Assembly: GCF_004010195.1 (NCBI RefSeq)
Contig: NC_057757.1
Span: 4,778,823-4,842,822, forward strand
DNA: 64,000 bases
DNA from: Chiloscyllium plagiosum
Taxonomy: Eukaryota
Direction of reading: 5' to 3'
The notes beneath the pieces were generated by a model. That model saw nothing but the letters and a program-made list of their open reading frames with translations. It was not told the DNA's origin and ran no database searches. Shown piece by piece: positions 25,341 to 37,364 of this stretch. Both the position numbers and the translations under genes were made by a program. Within the stretch, counting starts at the first letter, position 1. Every line of letters begins with the position of its first letter.

Positions 25341-28300
25341 ATACATTTATTTTCAATCTATCACAGAATTGACAAAGTGTTATGGTACTGATGGAGGTCA
25401 TTCTGCCCATCATGTCTGCACCGGCTCTTCAAATAACCATCATTACCAAGTGTCAATCTGCTTTTTTCCGCATCTTTGTACATTATTTCTATACAGATAA
25501 TCATCCAATGCCCTCTTGTAACTTATTGGAACCTTTCTTCGCCACACCCATACCCAAACCACTCACTGAGAAAAAACGTTTTTCTCATGTTATATTCGCA
25601 CCTTTTGCAACTCATTTTAAATCTATACCCTCTTCTTCTCATTCCTTTCACAAATGGGAACGGTTTGTCCCTATCTACTCAATCCAGCTGCTCATGGTTT
25701 TGAAAGTCTCTGTCCGATTTACTGTTTTTTTCTCCAGGGAGGATAGTCCTAATTTCTTCAATCTATTTTCATATTGAAGTTCCTCATCCCTGAAAGATAC
25801 AGTTGCTTTAGAAGAAATTAGGAGAAGATCCATATGACTCATTCCTGAGTTGGAAGTCTTATCTTACGATCAGAGTTTTGAAACGGTTTGGCCTAAACCC
25901 ACTGGAGATTAGCACAGGCAATTTTATTGAAACACACAAGAGCTTGAGTGGAGTGGAGGATGTTTCCTCTTGTAGTCTCCTGCTACAACTAGGGAAAATA
26001 GTTTAAAAATGGGGAGGTGGAGTGGTGGTACTGTCTCTGGATGAGGATCAGGTTAAAGCGCTGGGGACACAGGTTCAAATTCCACCTCCACAGGTGGTGA
26101 AATTTAAATTCAATTAATACATCTGGAATTGAAAGTAGTTTCAGTAACAATCATCATGTTTTTATACACAGTTATAAAAATTCATTAGTTCATTAATATT
26201 CTTTAGGGGAAGGAAATCTGGTGCCTTTATCTAGTCTGGCCTAAGCTTGACTCTAGACTCACAGCCAATGTGGTTGACTCTTTACTGCTGTCTGAAATGG
26301 CCCAGAAAGATGCTACTTTCAAAGACTTTAAATATCAATCTGCCTAGAGACCTGTAACTAGATGAAATGTGGGTTCCAGCAGTCTTGCTAAGAGAATAAG
26401 GCCTTAAATTTGAACAAACAACAATAGACTTTGATGTGCATCAGAACAGTGATACAGTCCAAATGCACAACATATATTTTAACAAGTAGAATTGACGTGG
26501 TAAATATGGGTAAACTGTGATTGAACACCCAACAGTGCACATTAAACAGTATGTGCCTTTAAGAGGGTGTCAGAAGACAGGAACCTGGGAATCGTGTGCA
26601 TAAATCACTAAAGGCGACAGCAAAATTGGGGTCCAAGGCTTTATAAATAGAAACAGAAAATGAAATCAAGGAAGATATGGTGAACCTTCAGCGAACACTG
26701 GCTTTGCCTGAAATGGAGTATTCTCAGTCCTAGACTTTAGCAGGGATGTGAAAACACAAGTGAAGTTGGCAAAAAGATTTCCAAGAATTTACAAGACATC
26801 TATCCTTTCCCAGGATGAGGAACTTCAGTGACGTAGATAGAGTAGAGAACTATGCACTACTTCCTTTTGACAAGAGAAGGCTGAGAGGAGATTGATTCAG
26901 GATGTTCCAAATCAGATGGGGCCTGGACAGTGTAGACAGGGACAAACCGCTCCCATTGATGGGAGGATCGAGAACCAAGCGGCCACAGATTTAATATGAA
27001 AGGCAAAAGAAGTAATTGCAACAAGAGCAAGATCTGTATGAAACAGAAGTGCTTAGGATCTGGAATGCATTGCCTGAGAGTGTGAGGTAGATAGATTCAT
27101 TTGTGGCTCTCAGCAGGGAATTGGATCATTACATAAAGACAAAAGATTATGGGACGAGAGCAGGAAGTTGTGGGGAGTGTGACAAGGTGACTTGCTTTTG
27201 TAGAGTCAGCACAGGAAACAGACTGAATGGCTTTTATCTGTGCTGTAACTGTCCTATGAAGTTTTGGGATGTAGGATGATCAGTCTGACAACATAACTAA
27301 CAATGGCATTTAGGTACCATTTTCACATTCCAAAGAGCCGTGCACCCAAGAAGTTACTTTTGGAGGTGCAATCTCAGTTGCCTTGTAGGCAAATAATGCA
27401 TTTTAATTTCGCATGGCAGTGCCATATAGATTAGCAATGAAAGAAAGATCAGTTAATCTGTTGCTATTGCTCTTCATTAGAGGTTAAGTATCAGCAAGAA
27501 AAGCAGGGAGAATTCCACTGTCTGTCTTCACACAGAGCCATGGAAATCTTGTACATTCACCCACATGGTCACAGCCATACAGTATGATAGCGCAAAAATA
27601 ATCCTTCATTCCATTGTGTCCACCCCAATCATCAAGCACCTATCTACTTTAATCCCATTTCCCAGCACTTAGCCGTTAGCCTTGTATGCCATGACTTTAC
27701 AAGCTTTAAAATAAATACTTCCTAAATGTTATGATGGTTCCTGCACCTACAACCTTTTCAGGCAATGAGTTTGAGATCCCCATCATCCTCTGTGTGAAAT
27801 AATTTCTTCATGAATCCCTTATAAACCTACCATTCCTTACCTTAAAACTATGCTGCCTGGTTATTGACCCCTCTACTGAAGGGAGATGCTTCTCCTTATC
27901 TACTCTGTCAATGCCCCTCAGAAGTTTGCACACCTCAAGGAACACTTTAGGCTTTTCTACTATTATACACTATTTTGCCTCATTAATCTCTTTGTTCAGC
28001 TTCTGATTTTGTGGGGAATTTGGAGGCAATTTTGTATATTAAGAATTATTTTTCTTCAAGATATTCAACTCTGTTTTATTTGGCTCATGCCTGAAGTTAA
28101 ATCTTCCTGGCAATATTATATCTGACACTGTATCTTCGTAATATGATTATATTCTTGGTTCAAAAGATTTTTAATGTTTTGGAGGTGCTGGTGTTGGACT
28201 GGGCTGGACAAAGTTAAAATTCCAGGTTATAGTCCAGCAGGTTTATTTGGAAGCACTAGCTTTCGGAGCACTGCTCCTTCATTAGGTAGTTACTTGCACT

Positions 28301-28599
28301 AGCCACCTGATGAAGGAGCAGCACTGCAAAAGCTTGTACTTCCAAATAAACCTGTTGGACTATAACCTGGAGTTATGTGATTTTTAACTTTGTCCAACAC
28401 CGACACCTCCACATCATGAATAAATGTGAAGTTATCCATTTTCGTAGGACTAACAGTAAAATGGGCTACTATTTGAATGGTAAAAAGTTGCAGCATGCAG
28501 CTATGCAGATGGACCTGGGTGTCCTTGTGTATGAATCACAGAAGGTTGGTCTGCAGGTGCCACAGGTAATTAAGAGGGCAAATGGAATCATGTCCTTTA

Positions 28600-30305
28600 T
28601 TGTTAAAAGGATTGATATCAAGAAACAGTTGGAGGTACTGGATATTGCAAAGGCTACAGGCCTTGACAACATTCTGGCAGTAGTGCTAGAGATTTGTGCT
28701 CCGGAACTTGTTGCTCCCCTAGCCAAGCTGTTCCAGTACAGTTACACCACTGGCATCTACCCAACAATGTGGAAAATACCCAGGATTGTCCTGTATGTAA
28801 AAAGTAAAACAAGTTCAACCCTACCAATTACTGCCCCATGTGTCTGCTCTTGATCATCAGTCAAGTGGTGGAAGGTATCATCAATAGTGCTATCAAGCAG
28901 CACTTGCGAAGTGACACCCAGATTGGGTTCCAGCAGGGCCATGCAGCTCCTGACCTCAATACAGCCTTGGTTGAAATATGGACAAAAGAGCTGAATTCCA
29001 CAGGTTAGGTGACAGTGACACCACTTGACACTAAGGCTGCATTTGATTGAGTGTGGCATCAAGAAGCCCAAGCAAAACTGAAATCAGTGGGTATCAGGGG
29101 CAAACTCTCCAGTGGCTGGTGTCATATCTGGCACATAGAAAGATGATTGTGGTTGTTGGAGGTCAGTCATCCCAGCTTTAGGACATCTCTCCAGGAGTTC
29201 CTCAGGTTAGTGTCTTAGGCCCACACACACACACACCATCATAAAGTCAGAAGTGGAGATGGTTGCCGATGATTGTGCAATGTTCAGCACCATTCACAAC
29301 TCATCAGAATGTGAAGCAGTCCATGTTCAAATGCAGTAAGATCTGGACAATTTCCAGGTTTGGGCTGACAAGTGGCAAGTAATATTCATGCCACACAAAG
29401 ACCAGGCTATGACCATCACCAATAAGAGACAATCTAACCGCTGACCCTTGACATTCAATGGTGTTACCATCACTGAATCCCCCACTATCAACATCCTGGG
29501 GGTTATCATTGACTAGAAACTCAACTGAAATCACCACATGAACACAGTGGCTACAAGAGCAAGTCAGAGGCTGGGAATATTGTGGCGAATCACCTCCTGT
29601 CTCCCAAAATCTTGCCCACCATCTACAAGGCACAAGTCAGGAGTGGGATGGAATACTCCTCACTTGCCTGGATGTGTGCAACTCCAACAACACTGCAGAA
29701 GCTTGACACCATCCAGGTCAAAGCAGCTTGCGTAATTGGCACTAGGTGCACAAAGTATCCACTCCCTCCATAACTGACACTCAGTAGCAGCAGTGTGTAC
29801 CATCTACAAGATGCACTGTAGAAATTCAACAAGGATCTTCAGACAGCACCTTCTAAACTCATGACCACTTCCATCTAGGAGAACAAGGGTAGCAGATATA
29901 CGTACCCCTTCAGTACACCTTCAAGCCACTCACCATCCTGACTGGGAAATATATCGCCATTCTTTCATTGTTGCTGGGTCAAAATCCTAGAATTCCCTCC
30001 TAAACAGCATTGTGGGTCAAACCACAGCAGATGGTTTGCCCATGCTAAATTGCCCATAGTGTTCTGGGATGTATCGGTTAGCTGCATTAGTCAGGGGTAA
30101 AGGTGGGATGGGGTAGTGGATCTGGCTAGGATGCTGTTCAGACGATTGTTGAGGACTTGTTGGACCGAAGGGCCTGTTTCCACTCTGTAGGATTCTATTT
30201 CTAATTCGAGATGGACTGCAATGGATCAAGAAGCTCAACACCACTTTCTCAAGGGCAACTCGGGACAGGCAATACATTCCCATCAGCCAAAGATGCCCAC
30301 TTGAA
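28600..30305 (+). mobile_element. Degenerate CR1/L2-group LINE RT region (a different subfamily), with a nested HE1 fragment
   Basis: KATGLDNILAVVLEICAPELVAPLAKLFQYSY; GVPQ; YKAQVRSGMEYS. The tail gggcaact..gggacaggcaata resembles the tail of the SINE at 52490. Confidence 0.78.
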
Positions 30306-30547
30306 TTTTTTTTTTAAATTACAGTTGTTTATATTAAAATCCATTAGCCACACCTTTGCCCATACACCTCATTGATCGATATATGTGTAGTTTTATGTGT
30401 TGTCAATGCTGCCCAGTTTTGTGGTCAGTAAATTTGGGTCCTTGACTTTAATGCCATTATCCAAGTCATTGATGAATATTATGAAAAACTAAGGCCTGCC
30501 AATTCAAGTGTTTAGCCATTATTCCAATTCCCTATTTCTTGCCACTC

Positions 30548-33500
30548 AACAGGTATACCATTTTGGATACGGCTTACTGGGGGAGGGCAGCAGTTGCCAA
30601 GATCATGGCACCATGGCGGTCACTGCTGTTCAGAAGGGCAGGAAAAAGACTCATAGGGCCATAGTCATAGAGATTCCACTGTAAGGGGAGTAGATAGGTG
30701 GTCCTGTGACCGAAAACAGGACTCTCGGATGGTATGTTATCTCCCAGGTGGTCAGGTCAGGGATGTCACCAATCAGCTGCAGAGCATTCTAAAAGGGGAG
30801 GGTGAACAGCTAGTTGTCTTGGTGCATATAGGCACCAACGATATAAGTAAAAAACGAAATGAGATGCTGAAACCAGAATTCAGGGAGCTAGGAGGGAAGT
30901 TAAAAAGAAGGACCTCAAAAGTAGTGATCTCCGGATCAGTGCCACATGCTAGCCAGCGTAGAAATGAAAGAATAGGCAGGATGAACACGTGGCTTGAGGG
31001 ATGGTGTAGAAGGAAGGGGGTTCAGAATTGTTGGACATTGGGACCGGCTCTGGGGAAGGTGGGACTATTACAAATTGGATGGTCGACACCTGAACCAGAC
31101 TGGAACTAATGTCCTTGGGGGAGTTTTTGCTACTGCTGTTGTGGAGGTTTTAAACTAATGTGGCAGGGGGCTGGGAACCAGAAGAGAAGACAAGTAGACA
31201 GCGAAGTGGAAACTGGAGAAAGTAAGAATCATGAAATTAGCGTTAATAATGGGAAGAATAGGCAGAGAGCAGATGAATGCAAAAGAACTGGCTGGCCTGA
31301 AGTGCATACTTTAATGCAAGGAATATAGTGGACAAGGCAGATGAACCCGGGGCTTGAATTGATGCCTGGGAGTATGACTTTATTGCAACCACAGAGACTT
31401 GGCTGAAGGAAGGGCATGATTGGCAACTAAATGTTCCAGACTATAGATGCTTCAGACAAGACAGGGAGGGAAGTAAAAGTGGGGGGGGGGAGGGGGGGGA
31501 GGTGTTGCATTGCTGATCAGGGATGATATCACTGCTGTGCTAAAGGAGGGCACTATGGAGGGCTTCAGTAGTGAGGCATTATGGGTAGAGCTGAGAACTA
31601 AGAAGGGTGCAGTTACATTGTTGGGGCTGTAACACAAGTCTCCCAACAGTGAGCATGAGCTGGAAGAACAAATAGGTAAACAGATTATGGGAAGATGTAG
31701 AGGCAACAGGGTGGTGGTGATGGGAGATTTTAATTTTCCCAACATTGACTGGGATACACAACCCTATGCCTCATTAGTTTAAAACCTCCCCAACAGCAGT
31801 AGCAAAAACTCCAGAGGTCTGGATGGGGAAGGATTTGTAAGAAGCATCCAGGAGAGTTTTCTAGAGCAGTGTGTCAATAGTCTGACGAGGGAAAGGGCGA
31901 TATTGGACCTGGTGTTGGGGAATGAGCCAGGCCAGGTGGTAGGAGCTGCAGCGGGGGATTTCTTTGGGAATACTGACCACAATTCTATAAGTTTTAGAAT
32001 ACTCTTAGTCAAAGATGAGAGTGGCCCTAAGGGAAAAGTACTAAATTGTGCCAGGGCAAATAATATCAAAATTAGACAGGAGCTGGGTAATGTGGATTGG
32101 GAGCAGCTATTTGAAGGGAAGTCCACATTTGATATGTGGGAGGCTTTCAAAGATAGGTTGAAGAAAGTGCAGGATAGGCATGTCCCGTTGAAAGCAAAGG
32201 ATAGGAAAGTCAAAATTCATGAACCGTGGATGACAGGAGAAATCATACGTCAAGCCAAGAGGAAAAGGGAAGCGTACATAAGGTCCAGGCAGCTAAGAAC
32301 AGAATGGACCCTGGAGGAATATCGGGAGAGTAGGACAAGTCTTAAACGTGGAATCAAGCAGGCTAAAAGGGGTCATGAAATAGCTTTAGTGAGCAGAATT
32401 AAGGAGTATTCCAAAGCCTTTTATTCTTATGTAAGAAGCAAGCTGGTAACTAGAGAAAGGATTGGTCCACTAAAGGATAAGGAAGGAAGGCTGTGTGTCG
32501 AACCTGAGAAAATGGGTGAGATTCTGAATGGTTACTTTGCATCAGTGTTCACTGAGGAAAGGGAAATGATGAATGCTGAGATTAGAGATCGAAGTTTGAT
32601 TACTCTGGATCACGTTGACATAAGTAGGGAAGATGTGTTGGGTAGGCTAAAGGTTATTAAAGGACAAATCCCCAGGACTGGATGCTAAGAGAGGCGAGAG
32701 AGGAAATAGCTGGGGCCCTGACAGGTATCTTTGTAGCATCCTTAAATACAGGTGAGGTGCGGGAGAGCTGGAGGGTTGCTCATGTTGACCCCCGTACAAG
32801 AAGGGTAGTAGGGATCTTCCAGGTAACTACAGACCCAGTGAGCCTGACGTCAGTGGTGGGAAAGTTGCTGGAGAAGGTACTGAGGGATAAAATCTATTTA
32901 TATTCGGAAAAGAATGGGCTTATCAGTGATAGGCAACATTGTTTTGTGCGGGGGAGATCGTGCCTTACCAAGTTAATGGAGTTCTTTGAGGAAGTGACCA
33001 AGTTGATAGATGAAGGAAGGGCAGTAGATGGCATATATATGGACTTTAGTAAGACGTTTGATAAGGTTTCCCATGGTAAACTAATGGAGAAAGTGAAGTC
33101 ATATGGTGTGCAGTGTGTTCTAGCTAGGTGGATAAAGACTGGTTGAGCAACAGGAGACAGAGAGTAGTAGTTGAAGGGAGTTTCTCGAAATGGAGAAAGG
33201 TGACTAGTGGTGTTCCACAGGGGTCAGTGCTGGGGCCACTGTTGTCTGTGATATACATAAATGATCTGGAAGAGGGCACTGTTGGTATAACCAGCAAGTT
33301 TGCAGATGACACGAAGGTTGGTGGCGTAGCAGAAAGGATAGGGGACTGTCAAAGAATACAGGAGAATGTAGATAGACTGGAGAGTTGGGCGGAGAAGTGA
33401 CAGATGGAGTTCAATCCAGGCAAATGTGAGGTAATGCATTTTGGGACGTGTAATTCTAGAGTGAATTATACAGTAAATGGAAGAGCATTGGGAAAAGCTG

Positions 33501-34210
33501 ATGGGCAGAGAGATCTGGGAGTTCAGGTCCATTGTACCCTAAAGGTCGCTGCACAGGTGGGTAGAGTGGTCAAGAAGGCATATGGTAAGCTTGCCTTCAT
33601 CGGACGGGGTATTGAGTATAAGAGCTGGCAGGTCATGTTAAAATTGTACAAGACATTGATTTGGCCGCATTTGGAATACTGTGTACAGTTCTGGTCGCCA
33701 TATTACCAAAAGGATGTGGACGCTTTGGAGAGGGTGCAGAGAAGGTTTACGAGGATGTTGCCTGGTGTGGAAGGTGCTAGCTATGAAGAGAGGTTGAGTA
33801 GGTTAGGATTGTTGTCATTAGAAAAAAGGAGATTGGGGGAAGCTGGCTGAGGACTACAAACTCTTGAAGGATATAGACAGGGTGAATAGAGATAAGCTTT
33901 TTCCCAGGGTGATGGATTCAATAACGAGAGGTCACTCTTTCAAGGTGAGAAGTGAAAAGTTTAAGGGGGATACACATAGCAAGTACTTTACACAGAGGGT
34001 GGTAGGTGCCTGGAATGCGTTGCCAGCAGAGGTAGTAGAGGCAGGTACAGTAGATTAATTTAAGATGCGTCTGGACAGATGCGTGAGTAGGTGAGGAGCA
34101 GAGAGATACAGATGCTTAGGAATTGGGCGACAGGTTTAGACGGTAGATTTGGATTGGCTCACGGCCAAAGGGTCTGTTCCTGGGCTGGAAATTTTCTTTG
34201 TTCTTTGTTC
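30548..34210 (+). mobile_element. Near-full-length degenerate CR1 LINE (ORF1 SGNH esterase, ORF2 endonuclease plus RT)
   Basis: VCYLPG..VRDV...VHIGTNDI (ORF1 esterase); MGDFNFPNIDW; DLVLGNEPGQV; YMDFSKTFDKV; GVPQGSVLGP; KFADDTK; HLEYCVQFWSP. Several frameshifts and stops. Confidence 0.93.
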
Positions 34211-35241
34211 TTTTTAACCAATTTCCTATCCACATCAGTAATTTACCCTAACTTCTGTGGGCTTCCACCTCGGCTAACTGTGTCTGTTAAGTGGCACTTT
34301 ATCAGAAGCCTTCTGGAAGTCCACATAACCAACATTCTTTGACTCACCTCTGTCCACCACTTTTGTCACCTCTTCAAAACATCTGTCAGGTTTGTCAGGC
34401 CTGACCTACCCTTCCTGAATCCATGCTGACTCTCCCTGACTAAATTGAACTTTTTTAAGATGATCAGGTACCCTATCCTTGATTACAGACTCCAACAATT
34501 TCCCCACCACAGATGTTAGGCTAACTGGTCTGTAACTCCTTGGTTTCTCTCTGTCACCTTTCTTAAAAAGTGCATGACATGTGCAATTTTCAAATCTGTG
34601 GTCAATGTATGAGTCATCAGAAGTAGCGTTAGAGAGTTAGAAGTATGTTCTACTTAAAAACAGACATCAGGATAAAGCATTGGTTCAATTCCTCAGAGAG
34701 CAAATGTACATTTGTTGCTGTACAAACTGAATAGAACAATCAAGTACAAGGACTGATACATTGTTGGTGCCCTGTGTGTGAAAAGTACCCTGACTTTTCA
34801 CAACTGTGATAATAACCAACTCCTTTTGGAAAAGCATCCTTCCAAAGTTGTTCTCAATCAACTTAATTTAGTTAACGTGTTTTGTCTGTTTAGTTACACA
34901 TCAATGTCCCAACTCACACCGAGTCCTGTTCACCCATTATAACACCATCATGGTCAATCTGATGAAACCTCAACGTTAAAGTTCTTATCCTTGTTTCCAA
35001 TAGCCTTGTGTCTCCCTATCATTGTAACCTCATCCAGCCTGAGAAGCATTCAAGATCTCCATTGTTCTCCAACTCTGGCCTCAGCTGCATCTCTGATTTA
35101 GCTTACCTACAGAAGGCCATTCTGTCTGGATCCCAAGCTCTGGAATTCCCATCTTAAAACCAACCAACATTCCCTTCTCTGCTAATGCATGTATACAGGA
35201 GCTTCCTGATGCTCCATATTAATCATTCTTGTTGCTTACAG

Positions 35242-35445
35242 CTGAAGCAGACCCCGGGAGAAGACAATCCCATTTTCCTTCCCTCGGACGCTGAGCTCGA
35301 CTGGATGCTGGCCAAGATGTGGGTGCGGAGCTGTGACTTTCAACACTTTAAGTTGGTCTCCCACCTTCTGAAGACTTACCTGATGGCTGAGACATTCAGC
35401 TTGGCCACTCTGAGGCAACTGCCGTCTTTGCACCCCATTTACAAG
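35242..35445 (+). pseudogene. Lipoxygenase exon 8, copy A (iron-binding helix), 204 nt
   Basis: ttacag/CTG; LKQTPGEDNPIFLPSDAELDWMLAKMWVRSCDFQHFKLVSHLLKTYLMAETFSLATLRQLPSLHPIYK; donor gtacga. The second iron His is replaced by Tyr. Confidence 0.95.
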
Positions 35446-36235
35446 GTACGAAGCGTGAGGAAAAATGTAGCTCCATTTTAATTCAGGGAAATTGCAGCTG
35501 GTGACAGTGGCTGAACTGATGGTGGGAATCTGTGCATCGTAGAATCAAAAGAATTTACAGTAAGGAAAGGAGCCATTCGGCCCATTGTGTCCTTTCTATC
35601 CGATAAGGAGCCATCCAGTCTAATCCCACCTTTCAGCTCGTGGTTTGTAATCATGTGGGTTAGGGCACTTCACTTGATTATCCTAATACTTGTTAAATGT
35701 TATGAACATTTCTGCCTCTACTATCCTTTTAAGCAGTAAATTCCAGACACCATAACGTGACGTTTCCCCTTGAAATCACTGTAACTCACTGACATCTCAC
35801 CTTAAAACCACGTCCCTTCCTTACTGCCCCTTCAGCCATGACGAACAAGCCTTTCCTATCCATTTTATCTAGGTTCCTCATCCTTTTTATACATCAAACT
35901 GGATTCCCCCCTCCTATCCTCCTCTGGTCCAAGGAAAACAACCCCTGCCCATCCAATTTTTCCCCAACATTAAAATTCTCCAGTCCAGGCAACATCGTGG
36001 TAAATTTCATCTGCACTACTTCAAGATTTTAAAATTCATTTATAGGAAATGAGCATATCTGGCTAAGCCAGCCTTTACTGTCCATCCCTATTTACCCTTA
36101 GTGATCTGCTTTCTTGAACTGATGCAGTCTTTGGGGTGAGTTCAGCGTCCGAGGGAAGGAAAATGGGTATTAGGATGGTCTTAGGATGGGAGTTCCAAGA
36201 TTTTGACCCAATGACAGTGAAGGAATGGCGATATA

Positions 36236-37050
36236 TTTGCAGAGTTAAAAATCACACAATGCCAGGTTATAGTCCAACAGGTTTATTTGGAAACACTAGC
36301 TTTTGGAGCGTAGCTCCTTCAATCAGGTAGCTAGTGGGGCAGGTTCATAAGAGACAAAATTTATGGCACAAAATCATAGTGTCACGCAACTGATACGATA
36401 TATTGAACAAACCTAGATTGTTGTTAAGTCTTTCATCTTTTAAAGTGGATTGCAGGTTTCGGTTCATTAATATGTAAATCCCAGAACTTCTGAACTTCTT
36501 TCAAGTTACATTCCTGAGATAACTTAAGGTTTTATAAAAAAAAGTGACATCTCTGCTCAGGCAATGCATTAAATGTGTGAGGTTAGAGTCTGTCTGTATT
36601 TCAATCTTGAGTCAGACTGGTTCTATTTTCAAAGCAGGAATTTATAAAATGTCACATAAAGTGACTGCCTGCAGATTGTGTGCTTTTTGAGCAAAATAGA
36701 ATGTATCTGTAAATACAATTCTGCAAATGCAAATTCACCCCATAGACTTATATGCGTGTAAGGGAGGGGAGATTGGGGGGGAAAGAGAGAGAGAGAGAGA
36801 GGGAATGTGTGTGGAGTGGGAGAGAGTGAGTGTGTGTGTGCATGTGTTTGGTAGAGTTTGTGTGTGTGTGAGACAGAGTATAAGCCTGCAAAAGGGTGTG
36901 CTCGTGGGTGTGAGTGTGTGTGTGTGTGTACCTCGCATGTGTGTGAATGAAAGAGAGAGTGTATAGGGTAGTGGGGCCACCTGTAGTGTGACATGAACCC
37001 CAGGTCTTGGTTGAGGCCATCCTTATGAGTACCGAACTTGGCTCTCAGCC
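36236..37050 (-). mobile_element. Penelope-like element 3' end with (TG)n/(GA)n low-complexity UTR
   Basis: Minus strand reads GLNQDLGFMSHY (GIY-YIG C-terminus); the terminal sequence is shared with the fold-back elements at ~28180 and 57082. Confidence 0.7.
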
Positions 37051-37364
37051 TCTCCGAGCAGAGTCAAATTTCTTGAGTTTTGTTAGAGCTGCACTCGTCC
37101 AGACAAGTCAGGTGCCTTGTATTTAGTGGTCAGGCTTTGGGAAGTGAGTTAGTTGCTGCTGAGTTCCCAGCCTTCTGACCTGTTCTTGTAGCTACGTTAT
37201 TTATATACCTCATCCGGTTCAGTTTCTGGTCAGAGCTAACTACTAACATGCTGATAATGGAGGGATTCATTCAAATATAATGCTATTGATTGTCAGGGGT
37301 GAGAGTGATTTGAAGGTGCTGGTTTTGGACTAGGTTGGACAAAGTCAAAAATCAGACAACACCA

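Noticed and set aside
31480..31502. Long G homopolymer run
   Set aside because: Local expansion of a G-rich tract in CR1 ORF2, possibly inflated by sequencing error; no independent significance.
31903..33850. Long ORFs (261, 154 and 148 aa) as a host gene
   Set aside because: Frameshifted fragments of CR1 ORF2.
36629..37020. His/Thr-rich and Val/Cys-rich overlapping ORFs
   Set aside because: Translations of (TG)n/(GA)n microsatellite inside a PLE UTR.
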